Shown here one piece after another: positions 1-8,273 of a stretch of 29,590 nucleotides of DNA (its first letter is position 1; each line of letters begins with the position of its first letter). Made by a program: the position numbers and the translations under genes. The stretch lies in contig JBGANF010000104.1 in the NCBI GenBank assembly GCA_044222475.1, forward strand, positions 1 through 29,590. The letters are read 5' to 3'. The notes under the pieces were generated by a model. It ran no database searches and was not told the DNA's origin. It saw nothing but the letters and a program-made list of their open reading frames with translations. The DNA comes from Polyangiaceae bacterium. Its GTDB lineage: Bacteria > Myxococcota_A > Polyangia > Polyangiales > Polyangiaceae.

Positions 1-76
1 GGACACCGAGCGTCTGGCGCGGATCACGATCGGTCTCGAGCGGGTGATCGATGGCCTCGTCGGTCAGGGTTTGTAG
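1..76 (+). CDS. 3' end of a gene entering from the left, possibly an M28-family peptidase C-terminus
   Basis: Frame from nt 2 reads DTERLARITIGLERVIDGLVGQGL*, with TAG at 74-76. It resembles the 'DYERLARVT.GL..V' helix ending many M28 peptidases. Not in the ORF track; overlaps the convergent gene by 13 nt. Confidence 0.4.
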   Translation, partial: DTERLARITIGLERVIDGLVGQGL

Positions 77-1401
77 CCCAAGCGAAAGATCCGGCCTCCC
101 GCGTCGTCGGAGACGTAGAGCGCTCCATCGGGACCCTCGCGGATGTCGACGGGGCGCGCGTCCCAGGTGCCTTGCTCGAGCTGCCCGTTGGTCTCTTTGC
201 CGACGAGGACTTCGATGGTCGTGATCGCGTCACCGACGAGGTGCGCGCGCGCGATGACGCGGCCCGTCGGCACGGTGCGGGCGTGTGACCCGTGCGCCGT
301 GACGAAGAGATCGCCTTTCCACGGGAGCGAACCACCGGCGTATCCGCTGATTCCGAGTGGCGCCCAGTGACCTTGCATCGCGCCGGCGGCGGGTTGATTG
401 TTGTTGGTGTCCCGACACCAGGTGTCGGTCTTGATGAGCGAGGGAGCGATGACCTGAGTCGCCCACTGCGTTCCGGGCCCGAGGCCCCCGTCGATGGAAT
501 ACTCGGTGTAGCAAAGCGGGAAGCCGTAGAACCGTGAACCTTTCGCGTCGAGCCGGTTGATCTCCTCGGCCGGGTTGTCCTGCGAGATGTCGCCAAAGTC
601 GGGATCGGTGAGAGTGTCGCAACCGTTCTCGACGCCCCACATGCGGCCCTGCGCATCGAAGGCGAGCCCCACTTCGTTGCGCATGCCGGACGCGTAGATT
701 TCTCCAGCTGCGTAGTCGATGCCGCCGGCCGGAATCGTGGAGGGCAGGGTGAAGCGTCGCACCATGCCGCGCGTCGCCATGTCGCTCGGGGACTCGTCGA
801 GGTCCGAGGCCGAGCCGACGTTCACGTAGAGACGACCTTGGGCGTCGAAGGCGAGGGTGCGCGACGAGTGTCCGCCGGTGGGCATGTTCTTGACGACGAT
901 CTCTTCGGCGGCCTTCGCCACGTGATCGCCCGTGGTGTACGGCCACCGGCTGATCGTCGTGGTCGTGGACTCGTAGAGGAACTTGAAGTCGGGGCTGAAC
1001 GCGACGCCGTGGGAAAGGAAAATCGGCGCGCCGAACTGGCTCGACTCTCCGGGGCCGATGAAGCCGTCCTTGCTGGTATCGAAGAGGGACAGCACTCCGA
1101 CGCTCGTCATGACGAAGAGATCGCCGTTTGGCGCGAAAGCCATCTGGCGGGCGCTCGTCATGTTGTCGGCGTAGAGTTCGAGGCACAGGTGCGAATCGGC
1201 GAGCCACACCCCGGGCACCGCGTTCTTGCCGAGGCAGCTGTTCGTGAGCGGAGGAGCCACGTCAGGAGGACCGGCGTCGAAGGCGTCGAGTGAGGCGTCG
1301 ACGCTCGCCTCTGCCGTCGCATCGGGCGCAGGTGCGACGGGATCGTCGCTACAACCGCCGACGGCGCCGACGATGCACAGCAGGTACAGCTGGCGCCGCA
1401 T
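64..1401 (-). CDS. PQQ-dependent sugar dehydrogenase (glucose/sorbosone dehydrogenase family) beta-propeller lipoprotein
   Basis: Signal peptide with lipobox (GAVGG-C). Family motifs ARQMAFAPNGDL, GGHSSRTLAF, YASGMRNEVGLAFD, NPAEEINRL..YGFP, HWAPLG, HGS, RPVDIREGPDGALYVSDDAGGRIFRL. Confidence 0.85.
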   Translation of the reverse strand: MRRQLYLLCIVGAVGGCSDDPVAPAPDATAEASVDASLDAFDAGPPDVAPPLTNSCLGKNAVPGVWLADSHLCLELYADNMTSARQMAFAPNGDLFVMTSVGVLSLFDTSKDGFIGPGESSQFGAPIFLSHGVAFSPDFKFLYESTTTTISRWPYTTGDHVAKAAEEIVVKNMPTGGHSSRTLAFDAQGRLYVNVGSASDLDESPSDMATRGMVRRFTLPSTIPAGGIDYAAGEIYASGMRNEVGLAFDAQGRMWGVENGCDTLTDPDFGDISQDNPAEEINRLDAKGSRFYGFPLCYTEYSIDGGLGPGTQWATQVIAPSLIKTDTWCRDTNNNQPAAGAMQGHWAPLGISGYAGGSLPWKGDLFVTAHGSHARTVPTGRVIARAHLVGDAITTIEVLVGKETNGQLEQGTWDARPVDIREGPDGALYVSDDAGGRIFRLGYKP

Positions 1402-1480
1402 CGTGTCAGCTTACCCCGACGCGGCGTCGTCACTCGTTGTCCATTGCGGGGACGCCAGCGTTTGATATACGGCGCAAGTC

Positions 1481-2506
1481 ATGTCCGCCGCGCCGCGTCA
1501 TTTCCTGTCGACCCTCGACTGGTCTCGCTCCGAGCTCGAAGCGATCCTCGCGTCCGCCGGCGGCCAGAAGAAGCACCGAACCCAGCAGCACCTCCTCCGC
1601 GGCAAGACGATCGCGCTCGTCTTCTTCAACCCGTCGCTCCGCACTCGCACGTCGTTCGAGATCGGCATCTTCCACCTCGGCGGCCACGCCGTCGTGCTCG
1701 AGCCCGGCAAGGGCGCGTGGCCCATCGAGTTCCAAGACGGCGTCGTCATGGACGGCGAAGCCGAAGAGCACGTCGAAGAGGTCGCCCGCGTCCTCTCGCG
1801 CTACTGCGATCTGATCGCCGTCCGCGCGTTCCCCAAGTTCCAGAAGTGGGAAGACGACCGGCAGGACAAGGTCATCACGTCGTTCGCGCGCTTCGCGACC
1901 GTCCCCGTGCTGAACATGGAGACGATCACGCACCCGTGTCAGGAGCTCGCGCTGATGCTCGCGCTCAAGGAGCGCCTCGGCACGACCGACGGGAAGAAGT
2001 TCGTCCTCACCTGGACCTACCACCCGAAGCCGCTCAACACCGCGGTCGCCAACTCCGCGCTGATCATCGCGGCGAAGTTCGGGTTCGACGTCACGCTCCT
2101 CTGCCCCACACCCGAGTACGTGCTCGACCCGCGTTACATGGATGCGGCGCGTGCTTCGTCCAAAGAGCACGGAAGAACGTTGACGGTCACCCACGACATC
2201 GACTCCGCCTACGAAGGCGCGCACGTCGTCTACGCGAAGAGCTGGGGCGCGCTCCCGTACTTCGGCAACTGGGGACCCGAGAAGCCGATCCGCGACGCGC
2301 ACAAGCACTTCATCGTCGACGCGGCGAAGATGGCGAAGACCGCCGACGGCGGCAAAGGCCTCTTCTCCCACTGCCTGCCGCTCCGCCGCAACGTGAAGGC
2401 CACCGACGAGGTCGTTCGCTCGGCTCAATCGCTCGTCATCGACGAGGCGGAGAACCGCCTGCACGTGCAGAAGGCTTTGTTGTGTCACCTCCTCGGTGGA
2501 GGCTGA
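1481..2506 (+). CDS. argF: N-acetylornithine carbamoyltransferase (AOTCase, ArgF')
   Basis: FFNPSLRTRTSF carbamoyl-phosphate loop, HPCQELA, LTWTYHPKPLNTAVANS, HCLPLRRNVKATD and AENRLH, as in the Xanthomonas-type enzyme. GEAEEH keeps the Glu associated with acetyl rather than succinyl specificity. Confidence 0.93.
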   Translation: MSAAPRHFLSTLDWSRSELEAILASAGGQKKHRTQQHLLRGKTIALVFFNPSLRTRTSFEIGIFHLGGHAVVLEPGKGAWPIEFQDGVVMDGEAEEHVEEVARVLSRYCDLIAVRAFPKFQKWEDDRQDKVITSFARFATVPVLNMETITHPCQELALMLALKERLGTTDGKKFVLTWTYHPKPLNTAVANSALIIAAKFGFDVTLLCPTPEYVLDPRYMDAARASSKEHGRTLTVTHDIDSAYEGAHVVYAKSWGALPYFGNWGPEKPIRDAHKHFIVDAAKMAKTADGGKGLFSHCLPLRRNVKATDEVVRSAQSLVIDEAENRLHVQKALLCHLLGGG

Positions 2507-2518
2507 AAGGATCTCGAC

Positions 2519-3730
2519 ATGGGCACCGTCGTTCTCGCGTTCTCCGGGGGTCTCGACACGAGCTTCTGCATCCCGTACCTGCGGGAGAAGGGGCACGACG
2601 TCATCACGATGTTCGTCGACACCGGCGGCGTCAGCGCCGAGCAGCGCACCGAGATCGAGGCCCGCGCGAAGAAGCTCGGCGCCAAGGAGCACGTCAACGC
2701 CGACGGCGCGAAGGAAGTCTGGGACGAGGTCGTCGTCCCGCTCGTCATCGGCGGCGAGCTGTACCAGAACCAGTATCCGCTGCTCGTCTCCGACCGCTAC
2801 GTCATCGTGAAGCGCGCGATCGAGCTCGCCAACGCGAAGAAGACGAAGCTCTTCGCCCACGGTTGCACCGGCATGGGGAACGACCAGGTCCGCTTCGACC
2901 TCTCGGTGCGCGCCCTCGGCGACTACACGATCCTCGCGCCCATCCGGGACATCCAGGCCGAGCACAAGAACGTCCGCGAGTACGAGCGCCAGTACCTCGA
3001 GAAGATCGGCTACTCGGTGCCGGCGAAGCAGACCGTCTACACGATCAACGAGAACCTCCTCGGCGTCACGATGAGCGGCTCGGAGATCGACGAGTGGAAG
3101 GCGCCGGGGCCGGAGACCTACCAGCTCACCCCGCCGCCGGCGAAGCTGCCGCGTGAAGCGACGCGCGTCGCGATCACGTTCGAGCAGGGCGTCGCCGTCG
3201 CCGTCGACGGGCGCAAGATGGACGGCCCGGCGATCCTCCGTGATCTCAACACGCGCCTCGGTGCGCACGGCGTCGGCCGCGGGATCTACACCGGCGACAC
3301 CACGATCGGCCTCAAGGGCCGCATCATCTTCGAGGCCCCCGGCATCATCGGCCTGGTCGCAGCGCATCGAGCGCTCGAAGAGGCCGTACTCACCGCGCAG
3401 CAGAACCAGTTCAAGCCGAACCTCGCGCGCAAGTGGGTCGAGCTCGTCTACAAGGGCTTCTTCTTCGATCCGCTCAAGGCCGACATCGAGGCGTACCTCC
3501 GGTCGTCGCAGCGCTTCGTCAACGGCACCGTCACTCTCGATGCGCTCGCCGGCACCGTGCTGCCGGTCGTCGTCGACAGCCCGCACATCCTGCGAGCGAA
3601 GAACGCGGTCTACGCCCAGTCGGCCGATTGGGACGCGAAGGACGCCGAGGGCTTCATCCGTCTCCTCGGCCAGAGCGCGGAGCTCTCCGCCAAGGTCAAC
3701 CCGATCTCGGCCGCCGCGACCAAGAACTGA
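2519..3730 (+). CDS. argG: Argininosuccinate synthase
   Basis: LAFSGGLDTS, AHGCTGMGNDQVRF, NENLLG, IGLKGRIIFEAPG. AAAGGA RBS upstream. Confidence 0.96.
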   Translation: MGTVVLAFSGGLDTSFCIPYLREKGHDVITMFVDTGGVSAEQRTEIEARAKKLGAKEHVNADGAKEVWDEVVVPLVIGGELYQNQYPLLVSDRYVIVKRAIELANAKKTKLFAHGCTGMGNDQVRFDLSVRALGDYTILAPIRDIQAEHKNVREYERQYLEKIGYSVPAKQTVYTINENLLGVTMSGSEIDEWKAPGPETYQLTPPPAKLPREATRVAITFEQGVAVAVDGRKMDGPAILRDLNTRLGAHGVGRGIYTGDTTIGLKGRIIFEAPGIIGLVAAHRALEEAVLTAQQNQFKPNLARKWVELVYKGFFFDPLKADIEAYLRSSQRFVNGTVTLDALAGTVLPVVVDSPHILRAKNAVYAQSADWDAKDAEGFIRLLGQSAELSAKVNPISAAATKN

Positions 3731-4740
3731 TGCACGAAGGCGACATCCTCGGTCACCTCGCGCCGCTGGTCGCGATCGACTCGCAGAATCCTCCGCGAGC
3801 GACCGCGGAGATCGCGCGCCACCTGGAGTCGTTGCTTCGTCCGTCGTTCGTCGTCGAGGTACGCGACCTCGGCGAGGGCGCCATCTGGATCTACGCGTGG
3901 CGTGGGAACCCGAAGATCCTCTTCAACTTCCACGTGGACACCGTGCCGGCGGCACCCGGGTGGAGCAGCGAGCCCCTCTCGCTCCGCCTCGCCGACGGCT
4001 GCGCGTACGGGCTCGGCGCGTGTGACACCAAGGGCGCGGCCGCCGCGATGCTCGCCGTCGTGCTGTCGTCGAACGTCGACGTCGCGCTCCTGTTCACGAC
4101 CGACGAAGAGGCGGGGCAGGCGCGCTGCGTGCACGACTTCGTCGAGCGGCAGCCGCCGTTCGACCTCGTCGTCGTCGCCGAGCCCACGTCGTGCAAGGCC
4201 GTGCTCGCCCACCGCGGCGTCGCCACCGCGACGATCGCGTTCCACGGACGCGCTGCTCACTCGTCGTCCGCCGAGAGCGAGTCCGCGACCCACGCGCTGG
4301 CTCGCTGGGTCGTCGCGGCCGAAGCCGCCGCCGGTCCGCACGCTCGGTTCAACGTCGGTACGGTGACCGGTGGGGTCAAACCCAACGTCGTCGCCGCCGA
4401 AGCCGAGGCGCGCTTCGGCATTCGCCCTCCGCCGCAGCAAGATCCCAAAATGGTACTCGACGAGCTCGCTGCGCTCGCTCCAAACGCCACCATGACCCGA
4501 GGCTTCTACGGCCCGCCCCTCCGCGAGCGCGCGGCCGCCCGCGCCTTCGCCGAAGCAAACGGTCTCGACATCGGCGACCCCGTCGATTTCTGGACCGAGG
4601 CGGCGCTCTTCGCCGGCGCGGGCTACCCTGCGCTGGTCCTCGGTGCGGGCAGCATCGCCCAAGCCCACGGTCCGGACGAGTACGTTTCCATCTCCGATCT
4701 CGCCACCCTCGCCGCCGCCTACGCCCGGATCCTTAAATGA
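3730..4740 (+). CDS. argE: Acetylornithine/acetylcitrulline deacetylase (M20 family)
   Basis: ATG at 3730 overlaps the argG stop (TGATG). Metal motifs HVDTVP, GACDTKG, TDEE, VAEPT, FWTEA, AHGPDE. The track ORF from 3433 is over-extended. Confidence 0.9.
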   Translation: MHEGDILGHLAPLVAIDSQNPPRATAEIARHLESLLRPSFVVEVRDLGEGAIWIYAWRGNPKILFNFHVDTVPAAPGWSSEPLSLRLADGCAYGLGACDTKGAAAAMLAVVLSSNVDVALLFTTDEEAGQARCVHDFVERQPPFDLVVVAEPTSCKAVLAHRGVATATIAFHGRAAHSSSAESESATHALARWVVAAEAAAGPHARFNVGTVTGGVKPNVVAAEAEARFGIRPPPQQDPKMVLDELAALAPNATMTRGFYGPPLRERAAARAFAEANGLDIGDPVDFWTEAALFAGAGYPALVLGAGSIAQAHGPDEYVSISDLATLAAAYARILK

Positions 4741-6062
4741 AAGACGTCATCGTTCGCCTCCTCACGAACATCGGCAGCCGCAAGGAGGTCGAGCAGTACC
4801 TACGCCACTACGCGAGCGTCGACGCCCCGAAGTTCGCGGTCGTGAAGGTGAGCGGCCGCGTCGTGGAGCAGTCGATCGACGCGCTCGTCTCGTCACTGAC
4901 GTTCTTGTCCCAAGTCGGGTTGGTGCCGATCGTCGTCCACGGCGGCGCGGCCCAGATCGACCGCGCGATCGAGACGGCCGGGCTCGACGTGCCGCGCGTC
5001 CGCGGGCTTCGCCCGATGACGCCGGCGGTGCTCGAGGTCGCGCGACGCGCCCTTCACGACACCAACGTTCGCCTGGTCGAGGCGCTCGAGGCGATGGGCA
5101 CGCGGACGCGCCCTTTCACCAGCGGCGTGTTCGAGGCCAAGGCGGTCAAGGACAAGGAGCTCGGCCTCGTCGGCGAGGTGACCGACGTCCGCGATGGCGC
5201 GCTCGTCTCGGCCGCGCGCGCGGGGTACCTGCCGATCTTGACGTCGCTCGGCGAGACGCCGGCCGGGCAGATGGTCGTGATCCACGCCGACGCCGCCGCG
5301 CGCGCGCTCGCGCTGCGCATGAAGCCGCACAAGATCGTCTACCTCACCGAGGAGGGCGGCCTCATCACCGACGGTACGACGCGATCCGCCGTCAACCTCG
5401 TCGAAGACTACGAAGAGGTCCTGCCCGAGCTCTCGCTCGAAGGGCGGCATCGCCTGAAGGAGATCAAAGCGATGCTCGAGCAGCTCCCGCTCACGTCGTC
5501 GGTCTCGATCACCTCGCCCGAGAACCTCGCGAAGGAGCTCTTCACCCACCGCGGCGCCGGTACGCTCGTGCGCATGGGCGAGCGCGTGGGGCGCTACGCC
5601 ACCTTCGACGAGATCGACCGCGAGCGGCTCAAGTCCCTGCTCGAGACGTGCTTCGGTCGAAAGCTCCACCCCGAGTACTTCGCCAAGAAGAACCCGTACG
5701 CGATCTACCTCGCCGATTCGTACCGCGCGACCGCGATCGTCACGCTCGAGAAGGGGATCCCGTACCTCGACAAGTTCGCGGTCACGACCGAAGCGCAGGG
5801 CGAAGGCATCGGCGGATCGATCTGGCAGCGGCTGGTCCGCGAGCACCCGAAGTTCTTCTGGCGCGCGCGCGCGGCGAACCCCGTGAACGGGTGGTATGCG
5901 CAGAACGCCGACGGGCTCTACAAGACCGACGAGTGGTGGGTCTTCTGGTGCGGGATGAGCGACTTCAGCGAGATCAAGCTCGCGGTCGAGCACGCGCTCG
6001 CGATGCCGGCGACGCTCAAGGGACCCGCCGCCGAGGCCGCCGAAGCGGCGATGGAGCAGTGA
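4737..6062 (+). CDS. argB: Acetylglutamate kinase with C-terminal NAT/DUF619 domain (NAGS-K-like, possibly a bifunctional synthase/kinase)
   Basis: FAVVKVSG, IVVHGG, NLAKELFTHRGAGTLV, then GNAT-like YLDKFAV..AQGEGIG and FWRAR..NPVNGWY. ATGA overlap with argE. Confidence 0.9.
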   Translation: MKDVIVRLLTNIGSRKEVEQYLRHYASVDAPKFAVVKVSGRVVEQSIDALVSSLTFLSQVGLVPIVVHGGAAQIDRAIETAGLDVPRVRGLRPMTPAVLEVARRALHDTNVRLVEALEAMGTRTRPFTSGVFEAKAVKDKELGLVGEVTDVRDGALVSAARAGYLPILTSLGETPAGQMVVIHADAAARALALRMKPHKIVYLTEEGGLITDGTTRSAVNLVEDYEEVLPELSLEGRHRLKEIKAMLEQLPLTSSVSITSPENLAKELFTHRGAGTLVRMGERVGRYATFDEIDRERLKSLLETCFGRKLHPEYFAKKNPYAIYLADSYRATAIVTLEKGIPYLDKFAVTTEAQGEGIGGSIWQRLVREHPKFFWRARAANPVNGWYAQNADGLYKTDEWWVFWCGMSDFSEIKLAVEHALAMPATLKGPAAEAAEAAMEQ

Positions 6063-6063
6063 G

Positions 6064-6993
6064 GTGAGGGCCGCAGTCGTCGGCGCGCGGGGGTTCACCG
6101 GAGCGGAGCTCTTGAGGCTCCTCGCTCAGCACCCGCGCTTCGGGGTGGAGATCGTGACCTCGACGCAGGCCGCCGGGAAGCGCGTGTCCGAGGTGATCGA
6201 GGGGCTCGACCTCGACGTGCGGTTCACCGCGCCCGACGTGGAGGCGCTCGCGAAGAGCGAGCTCGACGTCGTGTTCCTCGGCCTCCCCAACGGAGAGGCC
6301 GCGCCGTGGGCCAAGGCGCTCGAAGGATCCAAGGCGGTCGTCGTCGACCTCAGCGCCGACCATCGCTTCGACGATCGCTGGGTGTACGGTCAGCCCGAGC
6401 GGCATCGAGAGAAGATCAAGACCGCGAAGCGCATCGCGAACCCCGGCTGCTACGCGACCGCGGTTCAGCTCGCGATCGACCCGATCCGCACCATCGCCCA
6501 CCACTTCGTCGCGTTCGGCGTCAGCGGGTACAGCGGCGCGGGCAGCACGCCCTCGCCCAAGAACGATCCCGAGCTCCTCCGCGACAACCTCCTTCCGTAC
6601 GCGCTCGTCGATCACACGCACGAACGCGAGCTGCGGAGGGAGCTCGCGACCGACGTGCGCTTCACTCCGCACGTCGCCCCGTTCTTCCGCGGCATCACGG
6701 TGACGGTGAGCTTCTCGCTTCTCCAACTGGCCAACCGCGAAGCGATCTGGGAGGCGTACCAGGAGCGGTACCGCGGAGAGCCGCTGATCCGCCTGTCGAG
6801 CGAGCCGCCTCTCGTGCGCGACGTCGCCGGCAGCCACGAGGTGCGGATCGGCGGACTCTCGCTCGGCGAGGACGGACTCCACGGTGCCGTCGTCGCCACG
6901 ATCGACAACCTGCTCGGCGGTGCGGCGACGCAGGCGCTGAGGAACGCGAACCTCGCCACCGGCCAGGGCGAGCTCACCGGAGTGCCGTCATGA
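6064..6993 (+). CDS. argC: N-acetyl-gamma-glutamyl-phosphate reductase
   Basis: VGARGFTGAELLRLL, VDLSADHR, IANPGCYATA (catalytic Cys), SGYSGAG, IDNLLGGAATQA. Confidence 0.95.
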   Translation: MRAAVVGARGFTGAELLRLLAQHPRFGVEIVTSTQAAGKRVSEVIEGLDLDVRFTAPDVEALAKSELDVVFLGLPNGEAAPWAKALEGSKAVVVDLSADHRFDDRWVYGQPERHREKIKTAKRIANPGCYATAVQLAIDPIRTIAHHFVAFGVSGYSGAGSTPSPKNDPELLRDNLLPYALVDHTHERELRRELATDVRFTPHVAPFFRGITVTVSFSLLQLANREAIWEAYQERYRGEPLIRLSSEPPLVRDVAGSHEVRIGGLSLGEDGLHGAVVATIDNLLGGAATQALRNANLATGQGELTGVPS

Positions 6994-8273
6994 GCGTCAT
7001 CTGGAAGAAAGACGACACCGAGATCGACGCCGAGATCGCCAAGTTCCTCGCGGGCGAGGACGTGAAGATCGACGCGGAGCTCTTCCGCTTCGACATCGAC
7101 GCGACCAACGCCCACGTGCGAGGTCTCGAGCGCATCGGGATCTTCGCGAAGAAGGAAGCCGACTCGGTGTGCAGCTCGCTCCGAGATCTCGACGACGCGT
7201 ACCAAAAAGGTACGTTCGTGCTCGACGGCCGCTACGAAGACGGGCACTCCGCGATCGAGCTCTGGGTCACGGAGCAGCTCGGCGACCTCGGCAAGCGGCT
7301 CCACACCGGGCGCAGCCGGAACGACCAGGTGCAAGTCGCGCTGCGGCTCCACATGCAGGACGCGCTCGGGCGCCTCGAAGAGCGGTGCGCGCACATCGCC
7401 AATGCGTGTCTCGACCGCGCCGAGGCCGACGCGATGACGCCCATGCCGGGGTACACCCACCTGCAGCGAGCGATGCCGTCGAGCATCGGCCTCTGGCTCG
7501 GGGGCTTCGCGGAGGCGTTCCTCGACGACCGCGATCACGCGTCGCTCACGAGCGACTTCGTCGATCAGTCGCCGCTGGGGACCGGCGCCGGCTTCGGCGT
7601 GAGCATGCCGCTCGATCGCGACGGCGTCGCGCTTCAGCTCGGCTTCGCGCGGCTGCAGCGCAACCCGCAGTACGTCCAGAGCTCGCGGGGCAAGTTCGAG
7701 CTCCTCGTCCTCGGGTCCCTCGCGCAGGCGCTCCTCGACGTGCGCCGGCTCGCTTGGGATCTGTCGCTGTTCACGATGACGGAGCTCGGCTTCGTCAAGC
7801 TGCCGGCGATCTTCACCACCGGCTCGTCGCTCATGCCCAACAAGCGCAACCCCGACGTCGTCGAGCTCCTCCGCGCCGCGTCAGCCCGCGTGATCGGCGC
7901 ACAGACCGAGATCGCGAGCGTGCTCTCGCTTCCCTCCGGGTACCAGCGCGATCTCCAGGCGACGAAGCGCCCCTACGTCGAGGCGTGCCGCGAAGGTCTC
8001 GCCGCGCTCGCGCTCGTGCCGCGGCTCGTCGCTTCGCTCGAGTTCGACCGCGACCGCATGCGCGCTGCGATCTCGGACGACATGTACGCGACGGACCGCG
8101 CGCTCGCCGCCGCGACCGCCGGCGTACCATTCCGGGATGCTTACAAGGCCGCCGCCAAGGCTGGCGGCGAAGCGTGGACGCCCGAGCGCAGCCTGCAGGC
8201 ACGCGTCTCCGAAGGTGCGTGCGCCGACCTCGGGCTCGATCGCTTGCGCGCGAGGCTCGGAGGGAAACCATGA
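6990..8273 (+). CDS. argH: Argininosuccinate lyase
   Basis: ATG at 6990 overlaps the argC stop (ATGA). HTGRSRNDQV, MPGYTHLQRAMP, fumarase-superfamily signature TGSSLMPNKRNPD. Confidence 0.95.
   Translation: MSVIWKKDDTEIDAEIAKFLAGEDVKIDAELFRFDIDATNAHVRGLERIGIFAKKEADSVCSSLRDLDDAYQKGTFVLDGRYEDGHSAIELWVTEQLGDLGKRLHTGRSRNDQVQVALRLHMQDALGRLEERCAHIANACLDRAEADAMTPMPGYTHLQRAMPSSIGLWLGGFAEAFLDDRDHASLTSDFVDQSPLGTGAGFGVSMPLDRDGVALQLGFARLQRNPQYVQSSRGKFELLVLGSLAQALLDVRRLAWDLSLFTMTELGFVKLPAIFTTGSSLMPNKRNPDVVELLRAASARVIGAQTEIASVLSLPSGYQRDLQATKRPYVEACREGLAALALVPRLVASLEFDRDRMRAAISDDMYATDRALAAATAGVPFRDAYKAAAKAGGEAWTPERSLQARVSEGACADLGLDRLRARLGGKP

Noticed and set aside
7169..8269. Apparent 1170-aa CarB with a long N-terminal extension
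   Set aside because: The extension is an off-frame reading of argH. The real start is ATG 8270 with an RBS.
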